Shown: positions 20,446-30,087 of the stretch, piece by piece | How positions within the stretch are numbered: position 1 is the first letter of the stretch | Layout of the letters: every line of letters starts with the position of its first letter | NCBI GenBank assembly: GCA_963780015.1 | Contig: CAWAAO010000014.1 | Coordinates: 333,336 to 397,335, forward strand | Source of the DNA: an uncultured Actinomycetes bacterium | Lineage (GTDB): Bacteria > Actinomycetota > UBA4738 > HRBIN12 | Direction: 5' to 3' | DNA length: 64,000 nt | The notes under the pieces: model-generated | The model's database searches: none | Seen by the model: only the letters and a program-made list of their open reading frames with translations | Told to the model about the DNA's origin: nothing | Program-made: the position numbers and the translations under genes

Positions 20446-22029
20446 ATGCGTCGACTCACCGTGCTCTGCGCCCTGTCGTTGTTCGCCGCGCTCGCGACCG
20501 TGCCGGCCCCCGCCGGTGCCGCGCGGCCGGCCGCCGACCGGATCGCGAACGTGCCCTGGCGATCGGCCGGCCGCGCGAGCGCGCCGACCCCGGACGGCGC
20601 GTCGACCGTGCGTCACGATGGCGCCGCGCCGTCGGCCGCGGGCCCGCGCGCGACACGTCCCGCGCCGAGGCCGACGCAGGAGCGCGTCGGCACGCGCACG
20701 CCGACCGCCGACGGTCTGGACGCCGATCTGATGGGGCCGAACCCGCTCACGAGCCCCGGCGATCCCACCGGCGCGACCGGACCGACGAGCGTGGTGGCCG
20801 CCGTGAACGTGCGGGTCGGCGTCTACGACCGCACCGGCGCCGAGCTGCTCGCCCCCTTGCGACTCCGGTCGATGAGCGCCCAGCTCGCGGGTCTCAAGGA
20901 GACCGATCCGAAGGTCTTCTACGACGCCTACGACGACATGTTCGTCCTGACGTTCCTGGTCTATGACTCCTCGGAGGGCTACATCGAGGTGGTCACGATC
21001 CCGTCGGCGACGGCCGAGGACACGGGCACGTGGTGCCGCACACACATGGTCGGGGACCAGGTGCACAACGGCACGCACGAGTTCGCCGACTATCCGAGCA
21101 TCGGGTTCAGCGCCAACCGCGTCGTCGTCACCACGAACAACTTCGGGTTCAACAACGGGCCGTTCCGCTACGCGCAGGTGATCTCGATGCCCAAGGGGGC
21201 GCTGTACGACGATCCGACCTGCACCAAGACCGTGCCGATCAAGGTGCTCGCGGGGTCCAAGACCAAGAACCCCGACGGTTCGAAGGCCTTCACCCTGCAG
21301 GCGGCGCAGTCCGTCGGCGGTGCGCCCACCGATCAGTTCCTCGTCTCGCTGGAGCCGAAGGCCACGTCCGCGAAGCTCGTGCTGTGGCGGCTGCGGATCG
21401 TCAACGGCAACCTCACGGTCTCCAAGACCGCCGAGGCCGTGAAGCGGGTGGCGCTGCCGCCCTACGGATACCAGTGCGACAGCACGAACCAGGTGAACAC
21501 CTGGTGGGACACGGGTGATCTGCGTCTCACGTCGGCCTTCTACGACGCCGACACGAACCGTCTGTACGCCGCGACCGCCGTGGCCGGCAACGCCGGCGGC
21601 GGCCCCCAGGAGTCCGTGATCCGCTGGTACGAGGCCGCACCGAAGAACCGATTCGGCCGTTCCCAGGTGCTGCGGGAAGGCACGGTCGGCGCCGCCAACC
21701 ACGACGCCGCATGGCCCGCGCTGGCCACGAACGACGTGGGCACGCTGTTCATCGGGTACGCACGGGGCGGGCCGAGCGAGTGCCTCGGGATCTGGGCCGC
21801 AACGGTGCCGGCGGGCGCCGGCACGGCGGCGCAGACGTCGTTGATCGCCGCCGGGGGCGCCCGCTACGAGTTCGGCCCGGGCCTCGAGCGCTGGGGGGAT
21901 TTCAGCGCCGCCAACCGCGACCCGGTCATCGGCGCCGACGTCGCCATCTTCGGCGCGTTCGCCGATGACCAGGGGTCCTCGACGACCGATGCGTTCCGAG
22001 CGCACGTGGCCCTGCTGGCCGACGTCTGA
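20446..22029 (+). CDS. Secreted hypothetical protein (527 aa)
   Basis: ATG 20446 is followed by signal peptide MRRLTVLCALSLFAALATVPAPAGAA. A Pro/Ala/Arg-rich linker precedes a large globular region. I do not recognise the family. Confidence 0.7.
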   Translation: MRRLTVLCALSLFAALATVPAPAGAARPAADRIANVPWRSAGRASAPTPDGASTVRHDGAAPSAAGPRATRPAPRPTQERVGTRTPTADGLDADLMGPNPLTSPGDPTGATGPTSVVAAVNVRVGVYDRTGAELLAPLRLRSMSAQLAGLKETDPKVFYDAYDDMFVLTFLVYDSSEGYIEVVTIPSATAEDTGTWCRTHMVGDQVHNGTHEFADYPSIGFSANRVVVTTNNFGFNNGPFRYAQVISMPKGALYDDPTCTKTVPIKVLAGSKTKNPDGSKAFTLQAAQSVGGAPTDQFLVSLEPKATSAKLVLWRLRIVNGNLTVSKTAEAVKRVALPPYGYQCDSTNQVNTWWDTGDLRLTSAFYDADTNRLYAATAVAGNAGGGPQESVIRWYEAAPKNRFGRSQVLREGTVGAANHDAAWPALATNDVGTLFIGYARGGPSECLGIWAATVPAGAGTAAQTSLIAAGGARYEFGPGLERWGDFSAANRDPVIGADVAIFGAFADDQGSSTTDAFRAHVALLADV

Positions 22030-22079
22030 GCCCCGTCGGCTATACTGCCTGCGGAAACGTAGTCATGCGGTGAGCCGGA

Positions 22080-22107
22080 GGTGGGCGCGTGCCCACCTTT
22101 CGTTTCG
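22080..22107 (+). terminator. Rho-independent terminator-like hairpin upstream of rimP
   Basis: GGTGGGC-GCGT-GCCCACC (7-bp stem, 22080-22097) followed by TTTCGTTTCG. Confidence 0.65.
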
Positions 22108-22119
22108 TGGGGGGTTGTC

Positions 22120-22590
22120 GTGGTGGACGCCGAGGCGCTGGTCCGACCGGTCGTCGAGGGCGCGGGTGTCGAGCTGGTCGACGTCGCCTTCGAAGGGACC
22201 GGAGGCCGGCGTACCCTGCGCGTCACCGTCGACCGTGACGGCGGACTCGATCTCGACGCGATCGCGACGCTGTCCGACAAGATCGCCCGCCGGCTCGACC
22301 TGGAGGACTTCGGCGAGGGTCGCTACGAGCTCGAGGTGAGCACGCCTGGGATCGAGCGGTCGCTGCGCACGCCCGCGCAGTTCGCGCGGGCGCTCGGACA
22401 ACAGGTGAAGGTGAAGACGACCGAACCGCTCGAGGGCGCTCGTGTGCATACGGGCGCGCTCGTCGACAGCGACGACGACGGCATCGTGCTGGAGGTCGAT
22501 GGCGCACCACGGAGGGTGCCGATCGCGGACATCGCGTCCGCGCGCACCGTGGCCGACTGGAGCGCTGAATTGAAGGGAACGAAGGTATGA
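22120..22590 (+). CDS. rimP: Ribosome maturation factor RimP
   Basis: Motifs VELVDVAFEGTGGRRTLRVTVDRDGGLDLDAIATLSDKI and YELEVSTPGIERSLRTPAQF. Start moved to GTG 22120 because ORF start 22081 lies inside the terminator hairpin. Confidence 0.85.
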   Translation: MVDAEALVRPVVEGAGVELVDVAFEGTGGRRTLRVTVDRDGGLDLDAIATLSDKIARRLDLEDFGEGRYELEVSTPGIERSLRTPAQFARALGQQVKVKTTEPLEGARVHTGALVDSDDDGIVLEVDGAPRRVPIADIASARTVADWSAELKGTKV

Positions 22591-23639
22591 ACGCCGAGAT
22601 GATCGCGGCGCTCCGCGAGTTGGAGCGGGAGAAGGGGATCGCGTTCGAAACGATCCTCGAGGGGCTCGATGAGGCGATGGCCGCCGCCTACAAGACCGCC
22701 TGGAAGCAGGAGCACCCCGACGCCGACGACGACTTCGTCGGCTTCCGCGCCGAGATCGACGCCGAGACCGGCGAGATGCGCATGTTCCAACAGGTGCTCG
22801 AGGAGGTCGACACCGCCGACGGCGAGGGTGTCGAGATGAAGGTGCTGTCCGAGGAGGAGGTCAAGGTCACCGACGACTTCCGCGGGCGGATCGGCGCGCA
22901 GACCGCGAAGCAGGTCATCTTCCAGAAGCTCCGCGACGCCGAGCGCGAGATGACCTACGAGGAGTTCGCCGGCCGGGAGGGCGACGTCGTCACCGGCATC
23001 GTGCAGCAGTCCGAGCGCCGCTACACGCTGCTCGATCTCGGCAAGGTCGAGGCGCTGTTGCCGCAGGCCGAGCAGGTGCCCTCCGAGCCGCACCGCAACG
23101 GGGAACGCCTGAAGGCCTACATCACGGAGGTTCGCCGCGGCGCCAAGGGTCCCCAGATCGTGGTCAGCCGCACCCACCCGGGGCTGCTGAAGCGGCTCTT
23201 CGAGATGGAGGTGCCCGAGATCGAGGACGGTGTCGTCGAGATCCGTGCCGTGGCGCGCGAGCCGGGGCACCGATCGAAGATCGCGGTCTGGTCCAACGAG
23301 CCCGCGGTCGACCCCGTCGGCGCCTGTGTCGGGCCGAAGGGCTCCCGCGTGCGCAACGTCGTCACCGAGCTGCGCGGCGAGAAGATCGACGTCGTCCCGT
23401 GGTCCGATGACCCGGGCGAGCTGGTGGCCAACGCCTTGCAGCCCGCGAAGGTGAACCGCGTGATCGTCGATCCCGAGTCCCAGACCGCCCAGGTCGTCGT
23501 GCCCGATTACCAGCTCTCGCTGGCGATCGGCAAGGAAGGGCAGAACGCACGGCTCGCCGCACGCCTCACCGGCTGGCGGATCGACATCAAGTCCGAGTCA
23601 CAGGCCGCCGCGCCCCCGGAGGCTCCGGCGGCGGGGTAG
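22587..23639 (+). CDS. nusA: Transcription termination/antitermination factor NusA
   Basis: S1 motif REGDVVTGIVQQSERRYTLLDLGKVEALLP. KH motifs GACVGPKGSRVRNVVTELRGEKIDVV and LSLAIGKEGQNARLAARLTGWRIDIK. ATGA overlap with rimP. Confidence 0.96.
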   Translation: MNAEMIAALRELEREKGIAFETILEGLDEAMAAAYKTAWKQEHPDADDDFVGFRAEIDAETGEMRMFQQVLEEVDTADGEGVEMKVLSEEEVKVTDDFRGRIGAQTAKQVIFQKLRDAEREMTYEEFAGREGDVVTGIVQQSERRYTLLDLGKVEALLPQAEQVPSEPHRNGERLKAYITEVRRGAKGPQIVVSRTHPGLLKRLFEMEVPEIEDGVVEIRAVAREPGHRSKIAVWSNEPAVDPVGACVGPKGSRVRNVVTELRGEKIDVVPWSDDPGELVANALQPAKVNRVIVDPESQTAQVVVPDYQLSLAIGKEGQNARLAARLTGWRIDIKSESQAAAPPEAPAAG

Positions 23640-23644
23640 CTGAG

Positions 23645-23920
23645 GTGTCGCGCGGTCGCGAACCGCAGCGCACCTGCGTGGGTTGCCGCGCGAGCGGGCC
23701 CACGATCGGCCTCATCCGCGTGGTGCGCAGCCCCGCGGGCGAGGTCGCCGTCGATCCAAGCGGGCGGGCGCCCGGTCGCGGCGCGTGGGTGCATCCGCGA
23801 CCCGCGTGCGTCGAGGCGGCGCTGGCACGCGGGGCCCTCGCCCGCGCGCTGCGGGCAGGCGTGGGCGCGGAAGTGGCGGGTAGGCTTAGGGAACGGTCCG
23901 ACGAGCAGGAGCAGGAGTAG
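23645..23920 (+). CDS. ylxR: YlxR/DUF448 family RNA-binding protein
   Basis: Motifs [11 protein letters not shown] and GRGAWVHP. Conserved position between nusA and infB. Confidence 0.85.
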   Translation: MSRGREPQRTCVGCRASGPTIGLIRVVRSPAGEVAVDPSGRAPGRGAWVHPRPACVEAALARGALARALRAGVGAEVAGRLRERSDEQEQE

Positions 23921-23922
23921 GC

Positions 23923-26056
23923 GTGAGGGTCCACGAACTGGCGAAAGAACTGGGTGTCACCAGCAAGGAGTTGCTGGGGACGCTCGGCGCGATGGGCGTG
24001 ACCGGCAAGTCCGCCTCCTCCAGCGTGCCCGAGGACGTCGTTCCGCGCCTGCGCGCATCCGGCGGGAAGGCGACCACGACGCCGGCCAAGCCCCGCGAGG
24101 TCCTCGAGCCGCCGCCGGCCCCGCGCAAGGCCAAGCCCAAGGCCAAGCCGAAGGCCAAGACGGAGCCGAAGGCGGAGCCGCGGGAGCGTCCTCACCGCGA
24201 CGGCGCCCGCGCTCGTTGCGGCCGAGGAGCCCGCGAAGGTCGAGGAGCCGAAGGAGGCCAAGCCCCGGCGGCGTCCGGTCGAGGAGCCCGCCGTCCCCAC
24301 CGGGCCGGTGCTGCAGGTGATCCACGGCGCCACGCCGCAGACGATCGGGGAGAAGACGAACCGCTCCCCGGCGGAGATCGTGAAGGTCCTGTTCCTGGCC
24401 GGCGAGATGGTGACGGCGACCACGTCGCTGAACGACGAGGCGATCGAGTTGATCGCCGCCGAGCTCGGCTACACGGCCGACATCATCGGCCTCGAGGACG
24501 AGCTGAAGGCCGAGGAAGAAGCCGAGGTCGTCGATGAGACCAAGCTGGAGACGCGTGCCCCGGTGGTCACGATCATGGGTCACGTCGACCACGGCAAGAC
24601 GAAGCTGCTGGACGCGATCCGCTCCACCGACGTCGTGGCCGGCGAGTTCGGCGGCATCACGCAGCACATCGGCGCGTACCAGGCGCACGTCGGGCAGCGA
24701 GAGATCACCTTCATCGACACGCCCGGCCACGAGGCGTTCACGGCGATGCGCGCCCGCGGCGCGAGCGTGACCGATATCGCGGTGCTGGTGGTGGCGGCCG
24801 ACGACGGCGTGATGCCCCAGACGCTCGAGGCGCTCGACCACGCGAAGGCGGCAAACGTGCCGATCGTCGTGGCCGTGAACAAGGTCGACAAGGACGACGC
24901 AGACCCCAACCGCGTGCGCACCCAGATGGTCGAGCACGGCATCATCCCCGCCGAGTGGGGCGGCGAGTTCGAGTTCGTCGACGTGTCTGCCAAGGCGCAT
25001 CAGAACCTCGACACGCTGCTCGAGACGCTGCTGGTGGTCGCCGATCTGGAGGATCTCAAGGGCGACCCGACGGGGCGCGCCCGCGGCACGGTGCTCGAGG
25101 CGCACCTCGACAAGGGTCGCGGGCCCGTGGCCACCGTCCTGGTGCAGAAGGGCGAGCTGTCGGTCGGCGACGCGTTGATCGCGGGCACGGCGTACTGCCG
25201 CATCCGCGCGATGCAGGACGAGAACGGCGCGGCGGTCGACAGCGCCAGCCTGTCCAAGCCGGTCGTGATCCTCGGCTGGAGTCACGTGCCGAGCGCGGGC
25301 GACGACTTCCGCGAGGTCGAGGACGAGCGCGAGGCACGGCACATCGCGGAGGAGCGCGAGGCGAAGTCCCGTCAGGCCGAGCTGGTGGTGGCGCGGCGTG
25401 CAACGTTGCAGGACCTGCTGCGCCGTACCGGCGCCGATGCCGTCACCGAGCTGAACCTGATCGTGAAGGCCGACGTGCAGGGCTCGGTGCAGGCGCTCGA
25501 AGACTCGTTGCTCAAGCTGCCGCAGGAAGAGGTGCGCGTGAACATCGTCCGCGCCGGCGCCGGCGGGATCACCGAGAACGACGTCACCCTCGCGATGGCC
25601 TCCGACGCGATCATCGTCGGCTTCAACGTTCGGCCGGATACGAACGCGCGCGAGCTGGCGGAGAAGGAAGGCGTCGACATCCGCACCTACAAGGTGATCT
25701 ACGACGCGATCGACGACATCAAGGCGGCGCTGTCGGGCATGCTCAAGCCCGAGGAGCGCGAGCGCGTGCTCGGCGAGGCGGAGATCCGTCAGACCTTCCG
25801 GGTCCCGAAGCTCGGCGTGATCGGCGGTTCCTACGTGCGGAACGGCACCATCAGACGCAACGCGCTGGCCCGGTTGGTGCGCGACGGCGTCGTGGTCTAT
25901 GACGGAAAGATCGCCTCGCTGCGCCGGTTCAAGGACGACGTCGGCGAGGTGCGCGAGGGGTACGAGTGCGGCATCGGCCTGGAGAACTATCAGGACCTCA
26001 AGGACGGCGACCTCGTCGAGGCCTACGAGGTCGAAGAGGTCGCTCGCACCATCTGA
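23923..26056 (+). pseudogene. infB: Translation initiation factor IF-2 (single frame break near 24190)
   Basis: The N-terminus [39 protein letters not shown] is in frame 1. It continues in frame 2 as [66 protein letters not shown] to the stop at 26056. Confidence 0.93.
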
Positions 26057-26060
26057 TCCC

Positions 26061-26354
26061 GTGATCGTCGCGGTCGAGCGGTTCGATCTGCGGATCCCGG
26101 GGGCCCATTCACTCAAGCAGAAGCGCCACGTCCTCAAGACCCTGACGGCCGCCCTGCGCCAGACGTTCGCGGTGAGCGTCGCGGAGGTCGAGTACCAGGA
26201 CCTGTGGCAGCGGGCGGCGATCGCGGTGGCGGTCGTCGGCGGGCAGGAGTACCACCTGCGCCGCGTCCTGCAGGAGATCGAGCATCGCATCGACGCCTGG
26301 GGCGAGATCGAGGTGATCGATCGGGACGTGCACCTGTGGGCGCCCGAGGACTGA
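26061..26354 (+). CDS. DUF503 (YlxP-like) protein
   Basis: GTG 26061. VIVAVERFDLRIPGAHSLKQKRHVLKTLTAALRQTF. Conserved position between infB and rbfA. Confidence 0.8.
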   Translation: MIVAVERFDLRIPGAHSLKQKRHVLKTLTAALRQTFAVSVAEVEYQDLWQRAAIAVAVVGGQEYHLRRVLQEIEHRIDAWGEIEVIDRDVHLWAPED

Positions 26355-26378
26355 GCCGACGACGGGTACCCTGGACCC

Positions 26379-26741
26379 ATGCCGCAGGGAGCTCGGACCG
26401 AGCGTGTCAGCGAGGAGTTCCGCGAGATCCTCGCCGAGGCCATCCAGGCACTGAAGGATCCGCGGGTCGGGTTCGTGACCGTCACCGGGGTGAAGGTGTC
26501 GCCGGACCTGCGCGTGGCGTGGGTCTACTACACCGTGCTCGGCGAGGAGAAGGCGCGCGCCGGCACCCGCGCGGCGCTGCGATCCGCGGCGCCCCATCTG
26601 CGGCGCGAGCTCGGTCGCCAGGTACGGCTGAAGGTCACGCCCGAGCTCCGCTTCGAGGAAGACGAGATGCTGGCCAAGGGCGAGCGGATCGACCATCTCC
26701 TGCGGCAGGCCCTGCCGGGGGAGGAGCCGGATGGACCCTGA
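26379..26741 (+). CDS. rbfA: Ribosome-binding factor A
   Basis: Motifs RVSEEFREILAEAIQALKDPRVGFVTVTGVKVSPDLRVAWVYY and LKVTPELRFEEDE. Confidence 0.93.
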   Translation: MPQGARTERVSEEFREILAEAIQALKDPRVGFVTVTGVKVSPDLRVAWVYYTVLGEEKARAGTRAALRSAAPHLRRELGRQVRLKVTPELRFEEDEMLAKGERIDHLLRQALPGEEPDGP

Positions 26742-27714
26742 CCGGTTCGAAGCGGCCGCCGCGGTCCTGCGGGACGCCCCCGTCGTCGCGATCGCGTGCC
26801 ACCTCAACCCCGACGCCGACGCGCTGGGCTCGATGCTGGGCCTCGCCCACCACCTGGTCGCGCGTGGCACGCGGGTGATCTGCGCGTTCCCGGGCCCGCC
26901 GGGGTCGGCCCCACGCTGGGCGAAGGAATTGCCGGGGCTCGACCTGTTGGTCGACCCGCAGGACTTTCCGGCCGAGCCCGACGTGATGGTGACGTGCGAC
27001 TGTGCCGCGTTCGATCGGCTCGGGGAGCTCGGTCAGGCCTCGACCGCCGCGCGCGAGCTGATCTGGATCGACCACCACCGGTCCAACGACGGGCTGGGCA
27101 CGATCCGGGTCGTGGACCCGGACGCCTCGAGCACCTGTGAGCTCGTGGCGGGGCTGATCGATGCGATCGGCGGCGAGATGACGGACGCGTCGGCCGTGTG
27201 TCTGTACGCCGGACTGATCACCGACACGGGCCGGTTCCAATACGAGGCGGCCACGCCGGACACCTTGCGGCTCGCGGCCAGACTGCGCGAGCACCCCTTC
27301 GATCATGCGCGCATCTCGCAGATGCTCTACGAGGACAATCGCGCGTCCTACCTGGACGTGTTGTCGATCGCGATGGGGCGTGCCCAGCTCGACGAAACCG
27401 CCGACCTGGTGTGGACCTACGTCTTGTGGTCCGACCTCGAGCGCGCCGACGTCGGCCCCGGCGACATCGATGACCTGATCGACGTGTTGCGCACGGCCCG
27501 CGAGGCCGATGCGGCCGCGTTGATCAAGCAGCAGCGGGACGGACGGTTCAAGGTGAGCGTGCGCTCGCGCGGCGCTCACGATCTCAGTGCGGTCGCGGCC
27601 GCGTTCGGCGGCGGCGGACATCGCCTCGCCGCCGGCTACACGAGCGACGCCGGCCCGGCCGAGACGGTCGCGAAGCTCCGTGCGGCGCTGCTGGGCGAGC
27701 TCGCGAGCCCGTGA
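26731..27714 (+). CDS. nrnA: DHH/DHHA1 phosphoesterase (NrnA-like oligoribonuclease/pAp phosphatase)
   Basis: Motifs CHLNPDADALGS, IWIDHHRSN and FGGGGHRLAAGY. Confidence 0.88.
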   Translation: MDPDRFEAAAAVLRDAPVVAIACHLNPDADALGSMLGLAHHLVARGTRVICAFPGPPGSAPRWAKELPGLDLLVDPQDFPAEPDVMVTCDCAAFDRLGELGQASTAARELIWIDHHRSNDGLGTIRVVDPDASSTCELVAGLIDAIGGEMTDASAVCLYAGLITDTGRFQYEAATPDTLRLAARLREHPFDHARISQMLYEDNRASYLDVLSIAMGRAQLDETADLVWTYVLWSDLERADVGPGDIDDLIDVLRTAREADAAALIKQQRDGRFKVSVRSRGAHDLSAVAAAFGGGGHRLAAGYTSDAGPAETVAKLRAALLGELASP

Positions 27715-28580
27715 GCGCGGACGGGCGCCCCGGGCCCGGTCCCGACGGGCTCCTGCTGATCGACAAGCCGGGCGGCATCACCTCCCACGACGCGGTCGCC
27801 GCGGTTCGTCGGGCCCTGCAGACCCGCAAGGTCGGGCACGCGGGCACGCTGGACCCGATGGCGACGGGCCTGCTCGTGATGGGGGTCGGCCGCGCCACGC
27901 GGCTCCTGCGGTTCCTGGGGGACCTCCCGAAGGACTACGAGGGCACGATGCGACTCGGCGTCGAGACGACGACGCTGGATGCGGAGGGCGAGATCGTGCG
28001 CACCGTGCCGGTGGATGCCGACGACGATGCGATCCGGGCAGCCATGACGGCGAAGCTGGGGGCGAGCGCCCAGCGTCCGCCCGCGTTCTCGGCGGTCAAG
28101 GTGGACGGGCGCAAGCTCTACGACGCGGCGCGCAAGGGGGAGCACCTGGAGGCGCCGGCACGGATCGTCCGGGTCGACCGCTTCGACCTCACGGGACGCG
28201 ACGGGCCCGATGTGTCGTTCGTCTGCTCGGTCAGCGGCGGGACCTACGTGCGGGTGCTCGCCGCCGATGTCGGCGCCGCGCTGGGGTGCGGCGCGCACCT
28301 GACGGCGCTGCGACGCACGGCGATCGGTCCCTTCACGGTCGAGACGGCCACATCGCCCGACGAGCCGGGCGAGCCCCTTCCGCTCGAACGAGCAGTCACG
28401 CACCTGCCGCGCTTCGACCTCGAGTACGAGGAGGCGATCGCCGCCGGGCACGGACGGATCCTCGCGCCCGCGGCGATCGAGGGCCCGTACGGCGTCTATG
28501 ACCCGGACGGCCGCCTGATCGGCGTCTACCGGGACGACGGGGCGAAAGCCAGACCGCTCGTGATCCTGGCGCCGCGGTGA
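27711..28580 (+). CDS. truB: tRNA pseudouridine(55) synthase
   Basis: Motifs GLLLIDKPGGITSHDAV, KVGHAGTLDPMATGLLV and PPAFSAVKVDGRKLY. GTGA overlap with nrnA. Confidence 0.95.
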   Translation: MSADGRPGPGPDGLLLIDKPGGITSHDAVAAVRRALQTRKVGHAGTLDPMATGLLVMGVGRATRLLRFLGDLPKDYEGTMRLGVETTTLDAEGEIVRTVPVDADDDAIRAAMTAKLGASAQRPPAFSAVKVDGRKLYDAARKGEHLEAPARIVRVDRFDLTGRDGPDVSFVCSVSGGTYVRVLAADVGAALGCGAHLTALRRTAIGPFTVETATSPDEPGEPLPLERAVTHLPRFDLEYEEAIAAGHGRILAPAAIEGPYGVYDPDGRLIGVYRDDGAKARPLVILAPR

Positions 28581-28608
28581 CCGGATCCGTCCGATAGCCT
28601 CCCTCGCG

Positions 28609-29550
28609 ATGGACGTCCGACACGGGCTCGACGCGCTCCCGCTCGACGATCGACCGAGCGTCGCCACGGTGGGCTTCTTCGACGGGGTCCACCGGGGGCA
28701 TCAGGCCGTCTTCGATCGGGTGCGCGCCGAGGCGCGGGCCCGCGACATGCGCAGCGTCGCGGTGACCTTCGACCGGCATCCGCGCGAGGTGCTCACGCCC
28801 GGGCGCGAGCCACGGCTGATGACCACGGTCGAGCGCCGCGCCGAGCTGATCGCGGCCTGCGGCATCGACGTGCTGGTCGTGCTGCCGTTCGACCGGGACT
28901 TCTCGATGGTGCCCGCGGACGCGTTCGTCGCCGACATCCTGGTGGGCGGCGTCCACGCGGTGCACGCCGCGATGGGCGCCAACTTCACGTTCGGCTTCAA
29001 GGCCCTCGGGACGATGGAGAACCTGTCGCAGTTGGGGCGGCCGTTCGGGTTGACCTCCGAGGCGGTGCCGCTCGTCGAGATCGAGGGGCGCACCGTCTCC
29101 TCCACGTCGATCCGCGAGGCGCTGGCGGCCGGGGACCTGGCATGGCCCCGGGAGGCGCTCGGGCGGCGGTTCGTGCTCGACGGCGAGGTGGTGACCGGCC
29201 ACGGCCGGGGGAAGGGGCTCGGGTATCCAACGGCGAACCTCCGGACCTGGCCACGTCTGCTGCTTCCGGGGCAAGGCATCTACGCCGGGGTCGCCGAGCA
29301 CCGCGGCCTTCGGTATCGCACCGCCTTCGACGTCGGCACGAACCCGACCTTCGGGGTCGAGCCGCTGCACGTCGAGGCGTTCCTGCTCGACTACGAGGGG
29401 CAGGACCTGCCGGGGGAGCCGCTGAGCATCGAATTCTGGGCCCGGGTTCGCGACGAGCAGAAGTACGACGACCTCGAGGCTCTGGTGGCCGCGATCGCCC
29501 GCGACGTGGCCTTGGCGCGCGACCTGGTCCCCCCCGAGGCGCTTGCGTAG
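28609..29550 (+). CDS. ribF: Bifunctional riboflavin kinase / FMN adenylyltransferase
   Basis: Motifs TVGFFDGVHRGHQAV, VSSTSIREAL, GRGKGLGYPTANL and VEAFLLDYEGQDL. Confidence 0.95.
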   Translation: MDVRHGLDALPLDDRPSVATVGFFDGVHRGHQAVFDRVRAEARARDMRSVAVTFDRHPREVLTPGREPRLMTTVERRAELIAACGIDVLVVLPFDRDFSMVPADAFVADILVGGVHAVHAAMGANFTFGFKALGTMENLSQLGRPFGLTSEAVPLVEIEGRTVSSTSIREALAAGDLAWPREALGRRFVLDGEVVTGHGRGKGLGYPTANLRTWPRLLLPGQGIYAGVAEHRGLRYRTAFDVGTNPTFGVEPLHVEAFLLDYEGQDLPGEPLSIEFWARVRDEQKYDDLEALVAAIARDVALARDLVPPEALA

Positions 29551-29593
29551 CAGGTCAGCGGCCCGCGGGCGCTGGTAGCCTTGTCCACTGACT

Positions 29594-29863
29594 ATGACAC
29601 TGACCACACAAGAGAAAACCGCCATCATCGCGGAGCACGCCCGCACGACGGGCGACACAGGTTCCGCCGAGGTGCAGATCGCCGTTCTGACGAAGCGCAT
29701 CACCGATCTGACCGATCACCTCAAGACGCACAAGAGCGATCACCACAGCCGTCGCGGCCTGCTGATGCTGGTCGGTCGCCGCCGCCGGCTGCTGGAGTAC
29801 TTGAAGCGCGAGGACATCACCCGCTATCGCGACATCGTCGCGAAGCTCGGTCTTCGCCGCTAG
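29594..29863 (+). CDS. rpsO: 30S ribosomal protein uS15
   Basis: [48 protein letters not shown]. Confidence 0.97.
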   Translation: MTLTTQEKTAIIAEHARTTGDTGSAEVQIAVLTKRITDLTDHLKTHKSDHHSRRGLLMLVGRRRRLLEYLKREDITRYRDIVAKLGLRR

Positions 29864-29875
29864 GACGTGCGTCGG

Positions 29876-29892
29876 GGCCCCCGCCGGGGGCC
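29876..29892 (+). terminator. GC hairpin immediately after rpsO (terminator/attenuator)
   Basis: GGCCCCC-GCC-GGGGGCC (7-bp stem, 3-nt loop) followed by TTCGTC, a weak U tract. Confidence 0.55.
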
Positions 29893-29966
29893 TTCGTCGC
29901 ATGAGGGGGTGATGCACCACAGCCCAACTCCCGGCCCCGAGGGAGGCCCCGAAGCCCGGTCGGTTC

Positions 29967-30015
29967 TCAGTGGCGAACCCCCGCAGCCCGCTGCGGTTCG
30001 GAGGTTCACCACTGA
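29967..30015 (+). promoter_or_regulatory. Long three-segment hairpin in the pnp 5' leader (candidate RNase III/PNPase autoregulation site)
   Basis: TCAGTGG pairs with CCACTGA (7 bp). GAACC pairs with GGTTC (5 bp). CCGCAG-CCCG-CTGCGG forms a 6-bp apical stem. The structure lies 73 nt upstream of the pnp ATG. Confidence 0.55.
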
Positions 30016-30087
30016 CAACCGGCCGACGTCCCTCGCCTGATTGAGGCGCGCACCGCGCGCCCACGAGTCCAAGGAGGACCCGACCGG

